64,000 nt of DNA from Beutenbergiaceae bacterium (GTDB lineage Bacteria; Actinomycetota; Actinomycetes; Actinomycetales; Beutenbergiaceae): NCBI GenBank assembly GCA_047971285.1, contig JBKDZO010000066.1, positions 2,491 to 66,490 of the forward strand. Direction: 5' to 3'. A program made the translations under genes and the position numbers. The notes below the pieces were generated by a model. The model saw nothing but the letters and a program-made list of their open reading frames with translations, was not told the DNA's origin and made no database searches. Below, piece after piece: positions 1-9,258 of this stretch (position 1 is the first letter of the stretch; each line of letters starts with the position of its first letter).

Positions 1-98
1 ACAGCAGTCAGCAGCGATATAGCAACACTCACGGTCTCAGTCTCGCCTGCTTGGTGCCTCATTCGTGACCCGGACCAACCAGCGGACGCTCGTCCGGG

Positions 99-734
99 TT
101 GCCTCGCCTCTACTGTTGCGTGGTGGCCAGAGTCGAATCGCGCGATCCGGGATTGCCATCAGGCGTCGAGTCGATCAGCGATGGGGCAGCTGTGCTGCGT
201 TCGGTGCATATTGCGGCTCAACGGTGGTCGCGTGATGCCATGCCGCCATGGCGGGAGTTGGGTTTCCGGTTTGTCGACCGGGGTCAACTGGCCATCTTCC
301 CACTCGCTGTGGCTCAGCGTGCGCCCGGAGATTCTGAGCAATGGAATCGGGCGATGGGCGAGTGGTATGTGGACTTGCAGCAGGAGTTCATCCACTTCTA
401 CGGCGGAGACGGATTCCATGGCGAAACCGTGCTGAGCCCAGATACGGGGTACGGCAAGAACCTGGCCGATGCAGGAAGTATCAATTGGTGGCGCATCTTT
501 GTGTGGCAGCTGCGGCACCTCGCCGCTGTACTGGTGCGGTCCCTCGATGAGTCACAGCAGCTAGAAGTGTTGTCTCTGCATGTCATGCCGTGGGATTGGG
601 TGGAGTACCGCCCACGCAACCCGGGGACGAAGCGCGACTTGTCCCGACAGCGGCGCATCGAGCGTGACCGCGAGGCCGTCGATGCTTCCTGGACATGGTC
701 CGGCTTCGCGCTCGACTCCGATCCGGATCCCTGA
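99..734 (+). CDS. hypothetical protein, Trp-rich, no recognisable family
   Basis: 211-codon ORF with TTG at 99 and an in-frame ATG at 237, immediately upstream of uvrB. Third-position GC bias is weaker than in neighbours (many GAT/CAT/CAA/ATT codons). I recognise no motif and the start is uncertain. Confidence 0.4.
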   Translation: MPRLYCCVVARVESRDPGLPSGVESISDGAAVLRSVHIAAQRWSRDAMPPWRELGFRFVDRGQLAIFPLAVAQRAPGDSEQWNRAMGEWYVDLQQEFIHFYGGDGFHGETVLSPDTGYGKNLADAGSINWWRIFVWQLRHLAAVLVRSLDESQQLEVLSLHVMPWDWVEYRPRNPGTKRDLSRQRRIERDREAVDASWTWSGFALDSDPDP

Positions 735-779
735 TTTTCGGTGCGCTGAGCGCGAACCTCGACGCTTCTCCGATGGGAA

Positions 780-801
780 TGTCGTAGCTGCGCCGTACCG
801 T
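780..801 (+). promoter_or_regulatory. candidate RecA-independent DNA-damage promoter (RecA-NDp / PafBC-type) for a leaderless uvrB
   Basis: TGTCGtag-N8(ctgcgccg)-TACCGT compares with the recalled mycobacterial consensus TGTCRgtg-N8-TAnnnT. The -10-like hexamer ends 6 nt before the uvrB ATG at 808. Confidence 0.4.
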
Positions 802-807
802 ATTGGC

Positions 808-2904
808 ATGCGCCCCGTCACTGATCTGCAACGCACCGTGGCGCCGTTCGAGGTCGTCAGCGACTACACCCCCTCAGGCGACCAGCCCACCGCGATCGCC
901 GAACTGACCCAGCGGCTGCAGGCGGGGGAGAAGGACATCACGCTGCTCGGTGCCACCGGAACCGGCAAGTCCGCCACCACCGCCTGGCTGATCGAGCAGG
1001 TACAGCGGCCCACCCTGGTGATGGCACCCAACAAGACCCTTGCCGCGCAGCTGGCCACCGAGTTCCGAGAACTGCTGCCCAACAACGCCGTCGAGTACTT
1101 CGTCTCCTATTACGACTACTACCAGCCGGAAGCCTACGTCCCCTCCTCGGACACCTACATCGAGAAGGACTCTTCCATCAACGACGAGGTGGAACGGCTG
1201 CGGCACTCGGCTACCAACTCGTTGCTGACCCGGCGAGACGTGGTGGTGGTGGCATCGGTCTCCTGCATCTATGGCCTGGGAACCCCGCAGGAATACGTCG
1301 ATCGCATGGTCCGGCTGCGGGTGGGTCAGCAGTTCGACCGCGACCAGTTGCTGCGCCAGTTCGTGCAGATGCAGTACCTGCGCAACGACATGGCCTTCAC
1401 CCGTGGCACCTTCCGGGTGCGCGGAGACACCATCGAGATCATCCCGGTCTACGAGGAACTGGCAATCCGGATCGAAATGTTCGGCGATGAGATCGAGGCC
1501 ATCGCCACGCTGCACCCGCTCACCGGGGAGGTCATCCGATCGGAGGAGGAGACCTTCATCTTCCCGGCAACCCACTATGTGGCCGGGCCAGAGCGCATGG
1601 AACGGGCCATCGGCGGCATCGAATCCGAACTTGCGCAACGGCTGGCGGAGTTCGAGAAGCAGGGCAAGCTGCTGGAGGCCCAACGGCTGCGCATGCGCAC
1701 CACCTACGACATCGAGATGATGCGTCAGATCGGCAGCTGCTCGGGCATCGAGAACTACTCCATGCATATCGACGGTCGTGAACCCGGCACCGCACCGCAC
1801 ACCCTGCTGGACTACTTTCCGGAAGACTTCCTGCTGGTCATCGACGAATCACACGTGACCGTGCCACAGATAGGTGCCATGTTCGAGGGCGACTACTCAC
1901 GCAAACGCGTGCTGGTGGACCACGGCTTCCGGCTGCCTTCCGCCGTCGATAACCGGCCGCTGCGGTGGGAGGAGTTCCAGGACCGCATCGGGCAGACGAT
2001 CTACCTCTCCGCCACACCCGGCACCTACGAAACATCCATGTCAGACGGCGTGGTGGAACAGATCATCCGGCCGACCGGCCTGGTCGACCCCGAGGTCGTT
2101 GTCAAACCGACCAAGGGTCAGATCGATGATCTGCTCGATGAGATCCGTGAACGGGCCAACCGTGACGAGCGCGTCTTGGTCACGACCTTGACCAAGAAGA
2201 TGGCCGAGGATCTCACCGACTACCTGCTGGAACGCGATGTGCGGGTGCGTTATCTGCACTCGGAGGTCGACACGTTGCGGCGGGTAGAACTGCTCCGTGA
2301 ATTGCGGGCGGGCGTGTTCGATGTACTGGTGGGGATCAACCTGCTCCGGGAAGGCTTGGACCTGCCGGAGGTGTCGTTGGTGTCCATCCTGGACGCCGAC
2401 AAGGAAGGTTTCCTGCGTTCGGGAACCTCGCTGGTGCAGACGATCGGCCGTGCTGCCCGCAACGTCTCCGGCCAGGTCCATATGTACGCGGACACCATCA
2501 CCGGTGCGATGGCCGCCGCGATCGAGGAGACCAACCGTCGGCGCGACATCCAAGTCGCCTACAACGCCGAGCACGGGGTCGACCCGACTCCGCTGCGCAA
2601 GCGCATCGGCGACATCACCGACATGCTCGCCCGGGAAGATATCGATACCGCCGAGCTCCTCGCCGGCGGCTACCGGCAACAAGGCAAGGGCCGCAAGGCA
2701 CCCACTCCCGGCAAGACGTCTTCGCCGCCGGCCGAGGTGCGCTCCGGAAGTGCCGCCGGGGATCTGGCCGGCCTGGTCCAAGAACTGTCGGATCAGATGC
2801 ATGCCGCCGCCGAAGAGCTGCAGTTCGAGGTGGCGGCACGGCTTCGCGACGAGATCCGAGACCTGAAGAAGGAACTACGTCAGATGACCGACGCCACCCG
2901 ATAG
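808..2904 (+). CDS. uvrB: excinuclease ABC subunit B
   Basis: Conserved N-terminus [24 protein letters not shown], Walker A GATGTGKS, helicase motifs and a C-terminal UVR motif ([17 protein letters not shown]). ATG 808 was chosen over the ORF-track start at 580, which adds a non-conserved Arg/Ser-rich extension. Confidence 0.97.
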   Translation: MRPVTDLQRTVAPFEVVSDYTPSGDQPTAIAELTQRLQAGEKDITLLGATGTGKSATTAWLIEQVQRPTLVMAPNKTLAAQLATEFRELLPNNAVEYFVSYYDYYQPEAYVPSSDTYIEKDSSINDEVERLRHSATNSLLTRRDVVVVASVSCIYGLGTPQEYVDRMVRLRVGQQFDRDQLLRQFVQMQYLRNDMAFTRGTFRVRGDTIEIIPVYEELAIRIEMFGDEIEAIATLHPLTGEVIRSEEETFIFPATHYVAGPERMERAIGGIESELAQRLAEFEKQGKLLEAQRLRMRTTYDIEMMRQIGSCSGIENYSMHIDGREPGTAPHTLLDYFPEDFLLVIDESHVTVPQIGAMFEGDYSRKRVLVDHGFRLPSAVDNRPLRWEEFQDRIGQTIYLSATPGTYETSMSDGVVEQIIRPTGLVDPEVVVKPTKGQIDDLLDEIRERANRDERVLVTTLTKKMAEDLTDYLLERDVRVRYLHSEVDTLRRVELLRELRAGVFDVLVGINLLREGLDLPEVSLVSILDADKEGFLRSGTSLVQTIGRAARNVSGQVHMYADTITGAMAAAIEETNRRRDIQVAYNAEHGVDPTPLRKRIGDITDMLAREDIDTAELLAGGYRQQGKGRKAPTPGKTSSPPAEVRSGSAAGDLAGLVQELSDQMHAAAEELQFEVAARLRDEIRDLKKELRQMTDATR

Positions 2905-2908
2905 GCAC

Positions 2909-3925
2909 TCATGCGCTCAGGGCGATGCGGGCCAACTGGGCCGCAGCGCTCTGCTGCAGGGTAGCGAAATTGGTGTCGTCCACGGTCAGGCCGAGACGAC
3001 GCAATACCAGGACCCCCGCGCCGACCAGGCCATCTCCGACGGTCAGGACCGAAGGCTCGATACCGGAGTCAGCCAGCTTGGCCAGAGTGGCCCCGGCTAG
3101 CCGGGGTTGGCCGTTGAGCACTCCGCCGCCGATCACCAACGGCCCGGGCAGGTCGGCATCGTGCACCGAAGCGACCAGGTCTGCCAACGCCGTGGCCGCG
3201 CGGTCGACGATGTCCACAGACACCGGGTCGGCGGGATCGGCAAAGACGATCGGAGCCAGCGCGGCGAGCGCCAACGGTGACTTCGCGTAGACCAGTTCCA
3301 CCAGGTCATTGAGCACTTTAAGATGCCCGTTGACCAGCGTCGAGTCATGGTCAATGCCAAAGTGGCGCAGCACGGGGGCGGTCATCGAGGTATTGGGCTC
3401 ACGCCCTTCCAGGGCCAGCGCGACAGCGCGCGCGACTTCGCGGCCCAGCCAGTAGCCGGACCCGGTGTCGCCCAGCAGCCAGCCGATGCCATCGGCGAAG
3501 CGTTCGACATGTCCGCCGCGAACGATCGCGGCGATCGAGCCGGTGCCGCTCACCAGTGCGTACCCGTCTGCTTGCGGGCCACCGGAACAGAACATGGCCA
3601 GCAGGTCGGGTTCGACGATGACATCGGCGGCAATGCCGAGTTCGTCCATCGGCTGCCGCAGCCAGTCGGCGCGCCCGCTCATAGTGTTGCCGCCCGCCAT
3701 GGCAACGGAGAAGGCTGCCACCGAATCGCCGGGAATCCCGGCCGATACCAGCGCGCCCGTGACGGCAGCACGAATAGAGGCCCCGGCAGCTTCGGGGCCA
3801 TCGGAGACGGGATTGCCACGACCGCTTCGGCCGATGCCCAAACATCGGGCGTCGGCGTCGACAACCATGGCACGGGTTGAGGTACCGCCAGCATCGACGG
3901 CAACTACATGGCGCATAGTGATCAT
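2909..3925 (-). CDS. BadF/BadG/BcrA/BcrD-type ATPase, N-acetylglucosamine-kinase-like sugar kinase
   Basis: N-terminal VAVDAGGTSTR phosphate-1 motif and LLGDTGSGYWLG motif typical of the eukaryotic-type GlcNAc kinase family. Divergent from the RpiR regulator. Confidence 0.8.
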   Translation of the reverse strand: MITMRHVVAVDAGGTSTRAMVVDADARCLGIGRSGRGNPVSDGPEAAGASIRAAVTGALVSAGIPGDSVAAFSVAMAGGNTMSGRADWLRQPMDELGIAADVIVEPDLLAMFCSGGPQADGYALVSGTGSIAAIVRGGHVERFADGIGWLLGDTGSGYWLGREVARAVALALEGREPNTSMTAPVLRHFGIDHDSTLVNGHLKVLNDLVELVYAKSPLALAALAPIVFADPADPVSVDIVDRAATALADLVASVHDADLPGPLVIGGGVLNGQPRLAGATLAKLADSGIEPSVLTVGDGLVGAGVLVLRRLGLTVDDTNFATLQQSAAAQLARIALSA

Positions 3926-4005
3926 TGTGACCTATTCGTGATCGACAACAAGCATAGGGTAAGAATATATTTCATCCAGCGACAACGGCGTGAGAGGAAT
4001 TTTCA

Positions 4006-4932
4006 GTGGCGACTGGCTTGGCAGCACCGGATCCTGTGCTGCGGATCTCCCATCAAGTGGAGGCCAGTCTGCCGATGATGTCGGGAGCGATGCGCAAGAT
4101 TGCGCGGGTGCTACTCGAGGATCCCACCGCACCGCTGCGGTTGTCGATCACCGAACTGGCGCAGCGGGCCGGAACCTCCCCGGCGACCATCACGAGATTC
4201 TGTCGCCGGCTGGGTTTCGACGGCTACGTTCAGTTCCGGGTGGCAGTGGCCACCGATGTGGGCCGGTCTCCCAAGCGGGTTGAGATCGGACGGGCCTTCA
4301 GGCCGGACGACGAGCCATCCGACTTGCTGCGGAACCTGCTCAGCGGCCAAGTCCGTTCGCTGGAAGCCACAACCGAATTGCTCAACCTCGAGGTGTGTAC
4401 CCGGGTCGCTCGAGCGCTGGTGCAGTGCCGCCAGCTAGACCTGTACGGATCCGGCGGCAGCGGCATCATCGCATCCGAGATCCAGCACCGCTTCTTCCGG
4501 ATCGGCATCAACGCCCACAGCTGGGCAGATGCTCACCTGGGCCTTGCCAGTGCCGCGATTCTCGGTCCATCCGACGTCGCGCTGGGCATCTCACACAGCG
4601 GCACCACCAGCGAGACCGCCGAAATGTTGGCGAAGGCCAAGTCCAGTGGCGCGTTGACGGTCGCGATCACCAACAACCCAGCTTCGCCGTTGGCCCAGGT
4701 TGCCGACCTGTGCCTGGTTGCTGCCGTTCCGGAACGCTTCCTGCACCCCTCCGACATCATCGCCCACCACGCCCAGCTCTTCGTCCTGGATTTCCTCTAC
4801 ATGCTGGTGATCTCGCAGGACTACAGCGGCGCCCTGGGCAAGCTCGAGGTCTCTGCGGGCGCCGTCGCCGACCATCACCATCCTTTTGTGATCGATCCCA
4901 ACCCCGAACCGTCCCAGGAGGCGACTGCATGA
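4006..4932 (+). CDS. MurR/RpiR-family transcriptional regulator (HTH plus SIS domain)
   Basis: N-terminal HTH_6-like segment (ITELAQRAGTSPATITRFCRRLGFDGY) followed by a SIS fold (LYGSGGSGIIA ... GISHSGTTSET). Confidence 0.85.
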   Translation: MATGLAAPDPVLRISHQVEASLPMMSGAMRKIARVLLEDPTAPLRLSITELAQRAGTSPATITRFCRRLGFDGYVQFRVAVATDVGRSPKRVEIGRAFRPDDEPSDLLRNLLSGQVRSLEATTELLNLEVCTRVARALVQCRQLDLYGSGGSGIIASEIQHRFFRIGINAHSWADAHLGLASAAILGPSDVALGISHSGTTSETAEMLAKAKSSGALTVAITNNPASPLAQVADLCLVAAVPERFLHPSDIIAHHAQLFVLDFLYMLVISQDYSGALGKLEVSAGAVADHHHPFVIDPNPEPSQEATA

Positions 4933-5702
4933 CCGCGACACCGACCACCACAGCGCAGGCCCAAAGTACGTTCGCCGACGAACTCGCTCGTCGGCTGCAG
5001 ACACTGCGTCAGAGCGTGGCGGCTGGAGAACTGGACTCGGCCATCGACCTGCTCACTGCGTGTGTCCGCGACGGCGGCGTCATCCAGTGCTTCGGGACCG
5101 GCCACTCCGAGGCCTTCTCCATGGAAGTGGCTGGGCGTGCCGGTGGCCTGATACCCACCCACCGCATCGCCTTGCGCAACACCGTCCTGAACGGGCAGCG
5201 GTCGGCCGATGAACTGATCGGTTCGGAACTGGAACGCGACGGCAGCGTGGTTTCCGAATTGCTCGCGGTCACCGAACTGGCGCCGCAGGACGTGTTCATC
5301 ATCGCCAGCAACTCCGGCGTCAACTCCTCGATCGTGGGGATGGCCCTCGCGGCTAAGGAGCGCGGCCACAGCGTCATCGCCGTCACCAGCCTGGAACACA
5401 CCATGGCGGTTCCGCTCAAGCACCCCAGCGGCAAGCGCCTGTCCGATGTCGCCGATGTCGTGATCGACAACCTGGCACCGTACGGTGACGCCACCACCGA
5501 GTTGCCCGGTGGCGTGAGTATCGGAGCGGTCTCATCCTTGACCGCGGCTTACATAGCTCAAGCCTTGACCATCGGTGTGGTCACCCGGCTCATCGATGAC
5601 GGGCAGACCCCGCCGGTGTTCCTATCCGCGAACATCCCTGCAGGCGACGCTCACAACCAAGCTCTGCAGGAGCGCTACGGCACCCGCATCCACTCTCTTT
5701 GA
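4929..5702 (+). CDS. SIS-domain protein (UPF0309-like), function unknown
   Basis: ATG at 4929 overlaps the regulator stop (ATGA). Shows the CFGTGHSEAF and IIASNSGVNSS SIS motifs. The ORF-track start at 4395 is an out-of-context upstream extension. Confidence 0.75.
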   Translation: MTATPTTTAQAQSTFADELARRLQTLRQSVAAGELDSAIDLLTACVRDGGVIQCFGTGHSEAFSMEVAGRAGGLIPTHRIALRNTVLNGQRSADELIGSELERDGSVVSELLAVTELAPQDVFIIASNSGVNSSIVGMALAAKERGHSVIAVTSLEHTMAVPLKHPSGKRLSDVADVVIDNLAPYGDATTELPGGVSIGAVSSLTAAYIAQALTIGVVTRLIDDGQTPPVFLSANIPAGDAHNQALQERYGTRIHSL

Positions 5703-5761
5703 CCACTCCCGGCTGGTCGCAGAGTGCGGCCAGCGTTCCACTGAAAGGAAGCACCACCACC

Positions 5762-7183
5762 ATGACGGACTCCAAGTCACCACTCTCACGACGGAGTGTG
5801 CTACGAGGCGCCATCTACACTGCTGCCGCAGTTCCCTTCGGGATCACCCTGGCCTCATGCGCCACCGGTGGCGGTTCCAGTGATCCGACAACAAGTTCGG
5901 ACAATGAACCCGGCGCCGATGCCAGCGACGAGAACCCGTTCGGGATTCCCGAGGGGGCCACGGTCGAGACCGTGATCTTCAACGGCGGCTACGGCGTCGA
6001 CTACGTCGAGTTCGCGGCCAACCTCTTCAACGAGATCTATAGCGGCGAGGCGACGGTCGAGCCCACCACCGAGATCACGGCCGCTCTGCAGCCGCGTTTC
6101 GTGGCGGGTGACCCACCAGACCTGGTGGACAACTCCGGCGCGAAGTCGATCGGCTTCAATGCCATCCTGGAGCAGCTTGAGGACCTCAACGACGTCATCG
6201 ACGCGCAGAACCTTGAGGGCGAGACCATTCGCGACACCCTCATTTCCCCGAACGTGCTGGACTCGGGTGTCTACGGCGGCAAGCTCGCTGCGATCAACTA
6301 CGTGCTGACCGTGTACGCGATCTGGTACTCCAAGACGCTGTTCGACGCCAACGGCTGGACCCCGCCGACCACCTGGGAAGAAGCCAAGGCGCTCGGTGCT
6401 GCGGCTGCGGAGCAGGGCAAGTACCTGTTCGGCTGGGGCAAGGAAGCGTCCACGTATTACCACACCATGGTGATCGACTCCGCGATCAAGCAGGGTGGGG
6501 ACGAGGTCCGGATCGCACTGGAGAACCTGGAGCCCGATTCCTGGTCGCACATTGCCATCCAGCAGGTGTTCACCGAGCTGAAGGAAATCGTCGACGCCGG
6601 TTACGTCAAGCCGGGTGGTTCGGGCACCTTCTTCACCGATGCACAAGCACAGTGGTCGCTGGACCAGGAAGTGCTGATGTACCCGTCCGGGTCCTGGATC
6701 GAGAACGAGATGAAGGAGAACACCGCGGACGACTTCCAGATGATGGGCGTCCCGGCATTCGTCGTGGACGACAGCTCAGCCCTGCCCGCCACCGCGATCC
6801 GCTCCGAAGCCGGTGAGCCGTTTATCGTCCCCAGCCAGGGCGAGAACGTCAACGGCGGTAAAGAGGTGCTGCGGATCATGCTGTCGAAGGAGGCCGCTAC
6901 GAACTTCGCAGCGACCAAGCTCGCTCCGACGGTGATCAAGGACACGGTTCCCGATGATGGTTTCGGTTCCACCGCGCTGGTGTCGCAGATCGACATGCTC
7001 ACCGCCGCCGGCAGCGACACCTTCACGCACAAGTTCAACGGCTTGTACGGCTTGAATGCCGACCAACTCGTTGTCTGGAACGCGTTCCTCGATGGCTCCA
7101 AGAGCGTCGAGGAACTGACCAGTGACCTCCAGGGCATCTCGGACAAGGCTCGCGAGACCCAGGAAGTCATCCCGGTCTCGTGA
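5762..7183 (+). CDS. carbohydrate ABC transporter substrate-binding lipoprotein (NgcE / chitobiose-GlcNAc-type)
   Basis: Tat-like signal SRRSVLRGA followed by the lipobox LASCA. Large family-1 solute-binding protein. Start placed at the ATG preceding the signal peptide. Confidence 0.85.
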   Translation: MTDSKSPLSRRSVLRGAIYTAAAVPFGITLASCATGGGSSDPTTSSDNEPGADASDENPFGIPEGATVETVIFNGGYGVDYVEFAANLFNEIYSGEATVEPTTEITAALQPRFVAGDPPDLVDNSGAKSIGFNAILEQLEDLNDVIDAQNLEGETIRDTLISPNVLDSGVYGGKLAAINYVLTVYAIWYSKTLFDANGWTPPTTWEEAKALGAAAAEQGKYLFGWGKEASTYYHTMVIDSAIKQGGDEVRIALENLEPDSWSHIAIQQVFTELKEIVDAGYVKPGGSGTFFTDAQAQWSLDQEVLMYPSGSWIENEMKENTADDFQMMGVPAFVVDDSSALPATAIRSEAGEPFIVPSQGENVNGGKEVLRIMLSKEAATNFAATKLAPTVIKDTVPDDGFGSTALVSQIDMLTAAGSDTFTHKFNGLYGLNADQLVVWNAFLDGSKSVEELTSDLQGISDKARETQEVIPVS

Positions 7184-8148
7184 CCGCTGTATCAACCGGT
7201 GGGGCGCCCAAGTCGCAGGCTCGGGCGCCCCGCAAGGGGCGTTGGACTTTCGACAACGTCAGCTTCTTCGCGGTGTTCCTGGTGTTCCCGCTGCTGGTGT
7301 TCCTGACGTTGGTCATCTGGCCGTTCCTGCAAGCGGTGTTCTATTCGTTCACTGACTGGGGCGGCTTTTCGGCTGACTTCAACATCATCTGGTTCGACAA
7401 CTATGTGCGCCTGGTGCAGGACGACACGTTCCTGACGGCGCTCGGCAACAACGTCCAGCTCGCGATCTTCATACCGATCATCACCTTGGCGCTATCGCTG
7501 TTGCTGGCGACCCTGGTGACCGTTGGCGGCCGTGGAATCGGACAGACGGTGGGGGTGAAGAACTCCGGGTTCTACCGGGTGGTGTCGTTCTTCCCCTACG
7601 TCATTCCCGGGGTGGTCACGGCCGTGATCTTCACCAAGGTGTTCGACCCCTCGAATGGCCTGCTCAACGGCATTCTGCCCGATGCGCTGGAACAGAACTG
7701 GCTGGGTCAGGTCTCCACGGCCATGCCGGCATCGATGTTCGTGATCATCTGGGGTTTCGTCGGCTTCTACATGTTGTTGTTCATCGCCGCGATCAAGGCG
7801 ATCCCGGCGGAGATTTTCGAAGCTGCCCGGCTTGATGGTGCCGGCCGGATCCGGACGTTGCTGTCGGTGACGATCCCGAGTATCCGGGAGAACATCCAGA
7901 CCGCATGGATCTACCTGGGCATCGGTGCCCTGGACGCGTTCATCTATATGAGCGTGCTGAACAGCGCCGGCGGTCCGGACAACTCGACCCTGGTGATGCC
8001 GCAGTACCTGTTCCGGTTGGCGTTCAGCCAGACCCAATACGGATACGCCAGTGCGGTGGGTGTCGCGATGGCGATCGTGACGCTGATCTTCGCTGGAGTG
8101 ATCTTCACCCTGAACCGGCTCACCGGTGGAAGTACTAGGAGCAACTGA
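7180..8148 (+). CDS. carbohydrate ABC transporter permease
   Basis: Multi-TM protein with the EAA-type motif FEAARLDGAGRIRTLLSVTIP. GTGA overlap with the binding-protein stop. Confidence 0.85.
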   Translation: MTAVSTGGAPKSQARAPRKGRWTFDNVSFFAVFLVFPLLVFLTLVIWPFLQAVFYSFTDWGGFSADFNIIWFDNYVRLVQDDTFLTALGNNVQLAIFIPIITLALSLLLATLVTVGGRGIGQTVGVKNSGFYRVVSFFPYVIPGVVTAVIFTKVFDPSNGLLNGILPDALEQNWLGQVSTAMPASMFVIIWGFVGFYMLLFIAAIKAIPAEIFEAARLDGAGRIRTLLSVTIPSIRENIQTAWIYLGIGALDAFIYMSVLNSAGGPDNSTLVMPQYLFRLAFSQTQYGYASAVGVAMAIVTLIFAGVIFTLNRLTGGSTRSN

Positions 8149-9020
8149 TGGCTATCGCTGCACCAACAATCCGTAAGCAGAAGCACGGGTCTGGCGAGAC
8201 CGCGGTTGCCGTCCTCTCCCACGTGGGCCTGGGAATCTGGTCGATCATCGTGGTGGCGCCGCTGCTGTGGGTGTTCCTCTCGGCGTTCAAGACGGACCGC
8301 GAGATCATCTCCGGTTCGCCGCTCTCGCTGCCACAACAGTGGTCCTTCGCCAACTTCGGCAAGGCGTGGGTGGACGAAAAGCTCGGCCAGGCCATGTTCA
8401 ACACGGTGGTCGTGGTCGCTTGCGCACTAATCCTAGTGATGTTGCTGGGAGCAATGTGCGCGTACGTGCTGGCTCGGTTCGACTTCTTTGGCCGGCGCGC
8501 GATCTACTATCTGATGCTCGCCGGACTTACCTTCCCGGTGTTCCTCGCGATCGTGCCGCTGTTCTTCGTGCTGCAGGGCCTGGGCGCGCTGAACACCCTG
8601 CCTGGGCTGATCTTGACGTACGTCGCGTTCGCCCTGCCGTTCACGGTGTTCTTCCTGTACGCGTTCTTCCAGTCGCTGCCCGGGGAGATCTCCGAAGCAG
8701 CCGCTATCGACGGCGCAGGCCAATGGCGGACGTTCTTCCAGGTGATGCTGCCGATGGCGACGTCCGGCATGGCGTCGGTGGCGATCTTCAATTTCCTCGG
8801 ACTGTGGAACCAGTACCTGCTGCCGGTGGCGTTGAACACCAGTCGTGACAACTGGGTGCTGTCCCAGGCGGTGGCGTCATTCGTCTCCAGCGCCGGATAC
8901 CAGTCCCAGTTCGGGCTGCTGTTCGCAGGTGTGGTGATCACCATCGTCCCGGTGTTGATCGCGTACATCATCTTCCAGCGCCAGTTGCAGGGATCAGTGT
9001 CACAGGGGACCAACAAGTAA
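8148..9020 (+). CDS. carbohydrate ABC transporter permease
   Basis: Multi-TM protein with the EAA motif EAAAIDGAGQWRTFFQVMLP. TGATG overlap with the upstream permease. Confidence 0.85.
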   Translation: MAIAAPTIRKQKHGSGETAVAVLSHVGLGIWSIIVVAPLLWVFLSAFKTDREIISGSPLSLPQQWSFANFGKAWVDEKLGQAMFNTVVVVACALILVMLLGAMCAYVLARFDFFGRRAIYYLMLAGLTFPVFLAIVPLFFVLQGLGALNTLPGLILTYVAFALPFTVFFLYAFFQSLPGEISEAAAIDGAGQWRTFFQVMLPMATSGMASVAIFNFLGLWNQYLLPVALNTSRDNWVLSQAVASFVSSAGYQSQFGLLFAGVVITIVPVLIAYIIFQRQLQGSVSQGTNK

Positions 9021-9038
9021 GGTCGCTGTACCAAAGAC

Positions 9039-9080
9039 GCGAGGGTCTGGAATGGCGTCGCAGGCATTCCAGGCCCTCGC
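9039..9080 (+). terminator. stem-loop terminator candidate after the ABC operon
   Basis: gcgagggtctggaatg (9039-9054) pairs with cattccaggccctcgc (9065-9080). This gives a 16-bp stem with one G-U pair and a 10-nt loop. No U-tract follows. Confidence 0.5.
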
Positions 9081-9133
9081 GCTGCGCGTGCCGGGAAACG
9101 TTTCCCTAGCCGGTGCCGTAGTATCGCTCACGT

Positions 9134-9251
9134 TGGAGGGGAGTACCCCGCAAGCGACAGGTCCGTCAGTACGGCGTCTAGCTCGGATCGGTTCGCCACT
9201 CACTGTGGTGGGGGAGACCTCCGGTGTTTTCTCGATCCCCACCGGAGGTTT
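9134..9251 (+). promoter_or_regulatory. yybP-ykoY (Mn2+) riboswitch candidate with terminator-type expression platform
   Basis: P1 5' arm GGAGG is followed by the conserved GGAGUA (9136-9147). The 3' conserved GGGAGACC runs into the P1 3' arm CCUCC (9211-9222). The terminator hairpin CCUCCGGUG (9218-9226) / CACCGGAGG (9240-9248) plus UUU shares the P1 3' arm. It lies directly upstream of a TerC-family gene. Confidence 0.6.
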
Positions 9252-9258
9252 ATAACTC

